A stretch of 64,000 nt of DNA from an uncultured bacterium (GTDB taxonomy: Bacteria > Patescibacteriota > Saccharimonadia > Saccharimonadales > 2-12-FULL-41-12): assembly GCA_963834265.1 (NCBI GenBank), contig CAWIAU010000003.1, positions 12,475 through 76,474 of the forward strand, written 5' to 3'. This document shows positions 18,454 to 25,501 of this stretch, in pieces (the first letter of the stretch is position 1; each line of letters opens with the position of its first letter). Position numbers and translations under genes: made by a program. The notes beneath the pieces were generated by a model that was not told where the DNA came from, made no database searches, and was given only the letters and a program-made list of their open reading frames with translations.

Positions 18454-18843
18454 CTATCTCCAAGCACATATAATTATTTCATCATCGTGGTTATTTTCTT
18501 TTTCTTGTCTAGTAATTTCAATATCATCTGCATACTCCACCGCTTGCAAACAGCTTCCTTCTATTAAATCCCAGAACAGAGAGTTAGTATCAAACTCACA
18601 GTGTGATATATAAGGTTTTTTCTTCTTGTCTGTTCTGTATTCTGGATTTGGGCTACTCGGACAGTAAACTTTATACTGGCCAGTTTCAGCTTCATATAGG
18701 ACGAGCTTTAAACCATTAAAGTAGATTCCTGCCTTTGGAAACTCTACTTTAATAAGATACGTCGTATAGTCATCAGACGCTTTTTTGCTATATACATTTG
18801 CAACAGGATTACCAATATTCATCAGGAAGTCGTCGTTTAACAT
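18454..18843 (-). CDS. Hypothetical protein (129 aa)
   Basis: ORF directly upstream of the LSR in the same operon. A weak SpoVG-like beta pattern was noted but is not diagnostic. Confidence 0.4.
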   Translation of the reverse strand: MLNDDFLMNIGNPVANVYSKKASDDYTTYLIKVEFPKAGIYFNGLKLVLYEAETGQYKVYCPSSPNPEYRTDKKKKPYISHCEFDTNSLFWDLIEGSCLQAVEYADDIEITRQEKENNHDDEIIICAWR

Positions 18844-19241
18844 AACGACCTCCCATTAATTTGGTGCCAAGCGAGATGTAAATAATCAAAGCGGTCAAAG
18901 CTGAAACTATCATTAGAACAGTAACGATTATCTACACCAGCTTCAACAAGAACGCGATTGAGTTCACTTTTCCGAAGCCTATTAATACGAAACTTACATC
19001 GTAGCCAGCCGGGCTTTTTTATATCGTACTGCCTATAAAGCCAGATAAATGAGTCAAGTTGTTGGCGACTAAGATTTATTTGTGTTCTATCTTTTGAACT
19101 AAGGAGTAAAGTCCGTACTAAATCCTCTTTAGAAGATAGCAGTTGAGTGTTTGTGTGGTTTAGCTTTGATTGTTTATTTTGAGTTGGAGTTTCTAGATGA
19201 GTTGAGTTCATTGCTTTTTCCATATTCATATTCATATTCAT
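18837..19241 (-). CDS. Hypothetical protein (up to 134 aa; true start probably internal)
   Basis: The ORF overlaps the upstream gene by 68 nt if the first ATG is used. The 5' end is an (ATGAAT)3 repeat. No motif was recognised. Confidence 0.3.
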   Translation of the reverse strand: MNMNMNMEKAMNSTHLETPTQNKQSKLNHTNTQLLSSKEDLVRTLLLSSKDRTQINLSRQQLDSFIWLYRQYDIKKPGWLRCKFRINRLRKSELNRVLVEAGVDNRYCSNDSFSFDRFDYLHLAWHQINGRSLC

Positions 19242-19545
19242 TATTAATAGAGCGATTTGAAGACTCGCCGTATATTCTGGCTTTGATTAGCCGTATATGT
19301 TCCAGCAGAATAGTTGCCGAAAGTTTTAATTCGCTAGCCCAAAACTTTTCAACCTGCTTTTTTAGTTCTGGCGTATTTATAAACAAAAAGACAACCCGCC
19401 TTGGATTGTCTTTATTTATTCTTGCCAGTTTAAATCCGCTTGCTGATAGGGTAGCGGCTAAACCCATGTCTGATGTTTGAAAATAACGAGGGACGCCAGT
19501 AATAGGCGAATTGTCATCTTCATTTCGTGGAGTTTTGCTTTCCAC
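19174..19545 (-). CDS. DUF5659-like small protein (123 aa)
   Basis: The central block DMGLAATLSASGFKLARINKDNPRRVVFLF resembles the DUF5659 pattern common in phage and mobile elements. It is the first gene of the recombinase operon. Confidence 0.4.
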   Translation of the reverse strand: MESKTPRNEDDNSPITGVPRYFQTSDMGLAATLSASGFKLARINKDNPRRVVFLFINTPELKKQVEKFWASELKLSATILLEHIRLIKARIYGESSNRSINNEYEYEYGKSNELNSSRNSNSK

Positions 19546-19691
19546 AATTTACCCCCTTTAGGGACGTGCGAGATACCTGCTTTCTCTAACAGGCTCGTAC
19601 TTTTTAAATTGTTAGCGTAAGTCTGGAGAGAATGACTTACAGCAAAAATCCTATATATTTACCCTCTTAAATTGCTAATTTGTATAAATAC

Positions 19692-19720
19692 ATTATATTA
19701 CACTTATGCTAATATTGCAA
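19692..19720 (-). promoter_or_regulatory. Promoter of the recombinase-module operon
   Basis: On the minus strand: TTGCAA (19715-19720), a 17-nt spacer, then TATAAT (19692-19697). Confidence 0.45.
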
Positions 19721-19789
19721 CATCTATTCGCTGTAATAAAAACATTATGGTATTTTTATGTATAATAAAAATTAACTTTACTTCTTAGG

Positions 19790-19970
19790 TTAGGTCAGCA
19801 ACTCACATTGAAAGACAATCATCTGGTAATAGAGCCGAGTGCTTGGCTTAAACCGATAGCTGACCATTATTCACCATTACAAGAATCCTACCTCAAGGTC
19901 GGAACTAAAGAAAAAGCCGATTCTAAACAGTTAGAACCAGCTTTAGCGCAAATATTTGAATCTTGGAGGG
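19790..19970. repeat. Inverted repeat A' (181 bp), internal copy
   Basis: Exact reverse complement of 16621-16801. It duplicates the LSR C-terminal codons, which is why the track shows ORF 19808-20032. Confidence 0.9.
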
Positions 19971-20130
19971 GCGTAGTTACTTCTATTGGAACTATCTTAC
20001 AGGAAAATACGCTAGTATTTATTGCTGTTTAATAGTGGATTAGGAATTGTGCGGTTCTCACTTCAATCGCTTGTTATAGGGCGAGTATGTAAGGCTAACG
20101 GCGAATTATCACTGTTCCTTCGCTGTATTT
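19964..20130. repeat. Inverted repeat B (167 bp), internal copy
   Basis: Exact reverse complement of 27613-27779. It overlaps A' by the 7-bp core TGGAGGG (19964-19970) and ends 1 bp before the stop codon of the 219-aa gene. Confidence 0.9.
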
Positions 20131-20131
20131 T

Positions 20132-20791
20132 CTAATTCAATAATTCCGAGATTAGTACTTTGAAGTTTAACTCACCAATATTTTTAGGCGAAATCACCAC
20201 ATTCTGTGCGCTACTGAGGGTCATATATGAATAGTCAGCCAACTCTGGAACTGCTTCTATCCATAAATTACGGCTCCGCATAATGACGATAGTTTTATTT
20301 TTTCGTATGGCTTCCCTTACAAGTTCAAACGAATAAAGTTGAGATGGAGTGTAGCGTCCAATATGCTTATAGTTCACAGAGTGATAAGGAAAATACTCTA
20401 TCATCATTATTTTTTTCTTTAGAACTTCCTCTGTAATCCCTTGCTGTATCAAGGGCTTTAGCTTAGCCGACCACCATTTGTAGCCACCGGTTTCTTCAAG
20501 CCCGCCCGCAAAGTAGTAAAAGTCAGATTTATACGGGTCATTTAGATTAGTCCTGCAACCATTAATAAATCTAGCAAGTTTCATATTTATATCTACATCA
20601 GAATCTGTAAATCCTGGGTTCAGTGCCAAGAATATAACCTTTGCATTATCTAAACCACCTACTAAAGGCTCAGGCAAAGTATCAAGTCTTAAACCAATGA
20701 AGTTCTTATGACTCTCAATAACATTACTATCTTCTTCTAATATATATGGTTCTTTTGTTGGTAATTTTATCCATGGGTTTTCTGTATTCAT
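20132..20791 (-). CDS. Hypothetical protein (219 aa), partner of the HEPN-like gene
   Basis: It lies 2 nt downstream of the 334-aa gene. FLALNPGF and YFPYHS are loosely reminiscent of uracil-DNA-glycosylase-superfamily motifs A and B. This is a weak, motif-only impression. Confidence 0.4.
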   Translation of the reverse strand: MNTENPWIKLPTKEPYILEEDSNVIESHKNFIGLRLDTLPEPLVGGLDNAKVIFLALNPGFTDSDVDINMKLARFINGCRTNLNDPYKSDFYYFAGGLEETGGYKWWSAKLKPLIQQGITEEVLKKKIMMIEYFPYHSVNYKHIGRYTPSQLYSFELVREAIRKNKTIVIMRSRNLWIEAVPELADYSYMTLSSAQNVVISPKNIGELNFKVLISELLN

Positions 20792-20793
20792 AA

Positions 20794-21798
20794 TTATTTC
20801 TTTGGATTTAGTTGCACCTTTAGAATTACACGCAGAAAGAAGAAAAACACTATATTAAAAGTCGTAAAGTTACATTCGTTTACCGCAATATCACCATGTG
20901 CAATTTTATGCCTAAATCGTTGTGCATTTGGGTCGTACAAAAAATATCCAAGCATATAGCAAAAGTCTTCACCCCAAACCTTTATGAACTCATCTGATTT
21001 TAATATCTCAACTGACAGTGTCTTATTTCTTGTGCTGGTCTGCTTGCCATTATATGTATAAACATCCAATCCTAATAAGCCTGAAAAATGCATGAATGTT
21101 TTATCAAATAATGGGACTAAAATATGCAGAGCAGAGAAGTAGTCATTAGCAAATCTGCGTTCTAATACAGCTTCAATCTTTAACAAGAACTCACCAGTAA
21201 AAATACCCTTGGACATTATTAAGTCCATTAGATTCTTTTGTGTAAACTGCTTATTGCTAATTAGCTCCGATACTATTCTGTTTAATGAACCAATAGAAAG
21301 ATTCATATTCATACCGTAGTTTTCTAAGAACCAACTGGTTTCAAAGTCATCAAAGGAAGTTACATGCCCTTCATCGCCAATAGTCATGTGTGTAACCAGC
21401 TGTGCGGTTATTGGCACTATTTCAGTAGAAGTTTTTTTGACGCTTGCAACGCTGGGAAGCAACTCTTTTGTATTAACAATATTTTCAAGGTTCTCGCCTA
21501 ACGAATCAGAAGATGTTAATTCTTTAACCATACTTTCAAGAAATGTAACTATATCCTTATCAAGCGGAACATCTATTTTATGGCTCTGCATAGCGTCTTC
21601 TGACTTTTTGGTATATGCAACCGATAGTTTTTTTAATTCCTGCACCGCTGTACTGTCATTTGCTTCCCCATATAATTTCAGCGATTTAATCGCATAAAAT
21701 GAAGCGCTCATGTAATCACCCTTTTCAGCCGCTTCATTGGCTTGCTGTTTGAGCTTTAATGCACTAGCAGTTTTCTCTTTATTAGTCGTTTTGGTCAT
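20794..21798 (-). CDS. HEPN-like (Rx4H) Abi-type protein, 334 aa
   Basis: The C-terminal RFRHKIAHGD fits the HEPN Rx4-6H motif, as in the Abi2/DUF4209-type families. The body is helical, and the gene sits in a defence-island context. Confidence 0.45.
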   Translation of the reverse strand: MTKTTNKEKTASALKLKQQANEAAEKGDYMSASFYAIKSLKLYGEANDSTAVQELKKLSVAYTKKSEDAMQSHKIDVPLDKDIVTFLESMVKELTSSDSLGENLENIVNTKELLPSVASVKKTSTEIVPITAQLVTHMTIGDEGHVTSFDDFETSWFLENYGMNMNLSIGSLNRIVSELISNKQFTQKNLMDLIMSKGIFTGEFLLKIEAVLERRFANDYFSALHILVPLFDKTFMHFSGLLGLDVYTYNGKQTSTRNKTLSVEILKSDEFIKVWGEDFCYMLGYFLYDPNAQRFRHKIAHGDIAVNECNFTTFNIVFFFFLRVILKVQLNPKK

Positions 21799-21953
21799 AC
21801 AGAGATTATACTCTGTTATTTTGTCGGCTTTTTAGGTAGCAAGCTATTCGGGTCTTTACGAATTGAACGTATCCATGTCTTATTCTCAAAATCGTTAAGG
21901 TCAATAGTGATTATCTTGGATTTAGGCATATATCCATATTAATACTTGTTACT

Positions 21954-22220
21954 CTATTTTTCCCGTTCACCGTACTCTGATTTCTTCTTTTCCTGATAAA
22001 TATCATAGATTAGATTAGCCATATTTTTGGCGTCTTTCTTAATCTGTAACTTGCGGCGAGCCGTTTCCAAAGAGTCCTTTGCTAATAGGTCAAGCGTTTC
22101 AACTACCTCAGATATCTCTTGGTCAGACATACTGATAGCGACATCGCCTAGAATATTTCTTGCCTCCTCAATGCTTACGATAGAATTAGAGCTACTCACA
22201 ATATTATTATCCTTTACCAT
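21954..22220 (-). CDS. Hypothetical small acidic/helical protein (88 aa)
   Basis: The ORF heads the minus-strand operon and is divergent from the DUF262 gene. No motif was recognised. Confidence 0.3.
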   Translation of the reverse strand: MVKDNNIVSSSNSIVSIEEARNILGDVAISMSDQEISEVVETLDLLAKDSLETARRKLQIKKDAKNMANLIYDIYQEKKKSEYGEREK

Positions 22221-22261
22221 GATTTTACTTTTTTTACCTGTAATAACCTATACTACTCATA

Positions 22262-23938
22262 ATGACCAATATTCAAGAAACCATTATTAAATCCGAAGGT
22301 ATTGCGCATTTATTGCAGGATAGAAAGCTAGTTGTGCCTCCTTATCAACGTTCTTATTCATGGGAAAAGCACAACGTAGAACAGTTCTTTCTGGACATTA
22401 CTGACGCATTCCTAGAAGGCCATCATGAATACTTCCTTGGTTCTATCGTTCTTATTAAATCTGATAACGGAAAACTTGAAATTGTTGACGGGCAACAGAG
22501 GCTTGCAACCACAGCTCTATTTATTGCCGCAATTAAAAATTATTTTATTAAGAACGGAGAGAAAATAAGAGCTGACGCAGTAGTATCTAAATATCTTTAT
22601 TCAATCGACGAACTAAGTATGGACATGGAGCAACACCTAGAATTGAATGTTCAAGACAACGGATTTTTTCAAGAATTATGTGAAAAGCCATGGCCGGTAA
22701 CACCTGTATCAAGAAAATCCGTAAAAAACTTATTTAGTGCCTCTGAGTTGGCAGAACAAAAAGTTGAGGATATTGCTAAAAATACCAAAGACCCAGTAAA
22801 CACACTCGCAAGATTAGTAAAATACCTAAAAGATAATGTGAAGGCTATTGCAGTTATTGTTCCGGATGAAGCGAATGCTTTTACAATATTTGAAACACTT
22901 AATGACCGAGGGCTTGCTTTATCTATTGCTGATTTACTAAAGAATTACTTATTCGGTAAATCCGAGAAACGTATAGAAGAAGCAAAGAGTCAGTGGGCTC
23001 TACTCAGCGGAATATTAGAAACAATTGGAGATGATTCTCTACTACCAACTTTTATAAGACATTTTTGGTCATCTCACTATGGCCCGACCACTGAAAAAGA
23101 ACTATTTAATAAAATAAAAACCAGAATTAATTCAAGTAAAGACGCAATAGATTTCATAGATAAACTTGTTAAACACTCTAAGGATTATGTAGCTTTATTA
23201 AATCCTGAGCATGAAAAATGGCAAAAGTTAAGCCCTGATGTACAGCAATCTATAAAAATTATTAACGATATGAGGCTAGAGCAACCGCGTCCATTGTTAC
23301 TAGCAATTGTTGGATATTTTTCGGACCGGGAGTTATCCAAGGCTCTAAAGAAGACGGTGGATTGGACGGTCAGACTACAAGTGGCTGGTAATACCAGAAC
23401 TGGTCAGTTTGCAAAAACACTATCTGATATTTCCATAAAAGTAGTAGAAGGAGAAATTGTTAACACAAAGCAATTAACAATTGAAATCCAAAAAATACTG
23501 CCTTCTAACGAGGACTTTAGTACTGCATTTGAAAACCTTGGTGCTACACGTTATATCGCCCGTTATTACTTGATTGAGTTTGAGAAAAAACAGCGTGAAT
23601 TAAGTGGAGAGAAAATTGAGCTTGTACCAAGTTATTCTACTGATGAAGTAAACCTTGAACATATACTTCCTATAACCCCGGGCAAAGAATGGCCTGATAC
23701 CGATACCGAAGTTTCACGGGCTTATTACAATCGCTTGGGCAACCTGACCATAATAAACTCTAAGGAAAACTCAAAATTAGGAAACCAGAGTTTTTCAAAA
23801 AAGAAAATAGTTTATAAAAGTTCAGCTTTTCAACTAACTAAGTCAATTTGTAAGTACACCGACTGGGACATTGACAGCATTAAAGACCGCCAAAAAGATA
23901 TGGCTAAATTAGCACCGAAGATATGGCCGATAATCTAG
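22262..23938 (+). CDS. DUF262/DUF1524 protein (GmrSD-like type IV, modification-dependent restriction enzyme family)
   Basis: N-terminal DUF262 motifs (PPYQRSYSW, DGQQRL) plus a C-terminal DUF1524 His-Me finger (EHILP...LGNLTIINSKENSKLGN). Confidence 0.85.
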   Translation: MTNIQETIIKSEGIAHLLQDRKLVVPPYQRSYSWEKHNVEQFFLDITDAFLEGHHEYFLGSIVLIKSDNGKLEIVDGQQRLATTALFIAAIKNYFIKNGEKIRADAVVSKYLYSIDELSMDMEQHLELNVQDNGFFQELCEKPWPVTPVSRKSVKNLFSASELAEQKVEDIAKNTKDPVNTLARLVKYLKDNVKAIAVIVPDEANAFTIFETLNDRGLALSIADLLKNYLFGKSEKRIEEAKSQWALLSGILETIGDDSLLPTFIRHFWSSHYGPTTEKELFNKIKTRINSSKDAIDFIDKLVKHSKDYVALLNPEHEKWQKLSPDVQQSIKIINDMRLEQPRPLLLAIVGYFSDRELSKALKKTVDWTVRLQVAGNTRTGQFAKTLSDISIKVVEGEIVNTKQLTIEIQKILPSNEDFSTAFENLGATRYIARYYLIEFEKKQRELSGEKIELVPSYSTDEVNLEHILPITPGKEWPDTDTEVSRAYYNRLGNLTIINSKENSKLGNQSFSKKKIVYKSSAFQLTKSICKYTDWDIDSIKDRQKDMAKLAPKIWPII

Positions 23939-24031
23939 AAAGTCTGTCGCTTGATGAAGATAGTCTAAATGCAATGGTTGATTACTTTAAATTACTAGCA
24001 GAAATAGAAGCTCAGCAAGGTGATTAAGTAG

Positions 24032-24202
24032 CTATTGTTTGAAAAGGTCTTTCAGCTCAGGGTGATTCTTTATCCAATAATGAAGCGTGTTTCTAGATAC
24101 ATTAAGTCGCTTTGCAATATCAACCTTACTCTCTTTATTTTTCACCGCCTCTTTGATTATCGGAATTACTTCGCTGAGTTCGTATTTCTTAGGTCTAGCC
24201 AT
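24032..24202 (-). CDS. Small helix-turn-helix protein (56 aa from MARPKKYE)
   Basis: It has an HTH-like stretch, VDIAKRLNVSRNTLHYWIKN. It lies 8 nt downstream of the putative nuclease as the last gene of the R-M operon. Confidence 0.45.
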   Translation of the reverse strand: MARPKKYELSEVIPIIKEAVKNKESKVDIAKRLNVSRNTLHYWIKNHPELKDLFKQ

Positions 24203-24210
24203 AATAGTAG

Positions 24211-25500
24211 TTAGCCCACAAGCTCCTGTAAACTTTCCAACCATGCATTACATGGTTCATCTATCGGAGCATATAGTCTTCTTTTTTGAGATAGTGATTC
24301 AGCATAAGCGATTAACCATGCCTTTGCAATAGGCAAACTTTTTTCATTCCCGTATTGCTTCGCATACTTATCTAACCAGTCGTCAAACACAAGAAGCTCG
24401 ATTTTATTGCCGGTTAACTCTTCAATTTCTGCCACTCTTGAATTGATTTCGTCATCTAAAATCGGACTAGAGCTTGTTACAAAACCCAATGCCTGTAACT
24501 CATAATTCTTTGCAGTTATTTTTTCATATATTTCTTCTATTTCATCACGCAAGTATTCTTTGCCATATTTTGCGTCCCAAGCGACTACAATCTCATTGCC
24601 ATCTAATAACTCAACATCGCCTATATTTCCATGCTTCTTATTCGCTGAACGCATTTGAGATAATGGCTTTACCGTAAGCCCTTCCAGTAATAACAAATCT
24701 TGCAGAGCTTGAAAGAAACTATGTATAGATATTTCAAAAAGTCTTGCCTTATAGCTTGAAGTGTCTATGTGTTTTTGGATTAGCTCTCTAACTTGGTCTA
24801 AACTACTAACCTCTATTTGGTTAACTTTGCCTAATACTTTTTCTGCCAATGTATTAAAATTACCTGCTCGGTTGATTAGTAAAGACAGCACATATTTTAG
24901 AGCTTCTTCTGCGGGGAGTTTGTTTTTCTCAAGCTGTGAAACAATCTCTAACCATTCATCTCTAGCTCCACGCAATTTTGCTTTGTATACTTTTGAATAA
25001 GGATAATTTTCCGCTAGACTTCGCGTCATCATAAAGCCATCTGCATTAAGTCTAATTAAATCGTAATGCCTTAGCACAGGCGTGATGTAATACTTGTCCA
25101 AAGAACGCATAGAAATGCCCTCTTTCCAAGAAAATGAAGCACTACTTGAACTGCCTTTATGGAGCATAACTGATTGCTCTGGGATGATTGCCTTAATAGT
25201 TAGTTGCATGATTGAGATTGCAACCAAGGCTCTACCAACTTCACTAGTAACCGAATTAACCAATCTATTTAAAATGTCCAACTGTTCGTCGGTTAACGTG
25301 TCAGAGGCATAAGTCGTACCTTCAACTAAGCCGTCAATAAGATTGCTTAAATAGCTAGCTTCTAGAGCCGTTTTTATTTGAGCATATCTACGTTTGGCTT
25401 CATCGCTAACCGTACCTTCTTCAAATACTAAATCAAGACCATCAGACGTTTCATGGAGTTCACTTTTATTTAGGTAGACTTTTAGAAAGATATCATCCAT
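24211..25500 (-). CDS. Putative type II restriction endonuclease (PD-(D/E)xK)
   Basis: It sits immediately downstream of the C5-methyltransferase (1-nt gap). It has the candidate catalytic motif GDVELL-x9-VVAWDAKYGK. No closer family assignment is possible. Confidence 0.5.
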   Translation of the reverse strand: MDDIFLKVYLNKSELHETSDGLDLVFEEGTVSDEAKRRYAQIKTALEASYLSNLIDGLVEGTTYASDTLTDEQLDILNRLVNSVTSEVGRALVAISIMQLTIKAIIPEQSVMLHKGSSSSASFSWKEGISMRSLDKYYITPVLRHYDLIRLNADGFMMTRSLAENYPYSKVYKAKLRGARDEWLEIVSQLEKNKLPAEEALKYVLSLLINRAGNFNTLAEKVLGKVNQIEVSSLDQVRELIQKHIDTSSYKARLFEISIHSFFQALQDLLLLEGLTVKPLSQMRSANKKHGNIGDVELLDGNEIVVAWDAKYGKEYLRDEIEEIYEKITAKNYELQALGFVTSSSPILDDEINSRVAEIEELTGNKIELLVFDDWLDKYAKQYGNEKSLPIAKAWLIAYAESLSQKRRLYAPIDEPCNAWLESLQELVG

Positions 25501-25501
25501 T

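Noticed and set aside
19221-19241. (ATGAAT)3 hexanucleotide repeat at the 5' end of the 134-aa ORF
   Set aside because: Three units is too short to argue for slipped-strand phase variation. A unit change would also keep the frame.
19808-20032. 74-aa plus-strand ORF (MKDNHLVIEPSAWLKPIADHY...)
   Set aside because: It is the duplicated 3' end of the recombinase gene inside repeat A' running into repeat B. It has no independent start context, so I treat it as a by-product of the repeat and not a gene.
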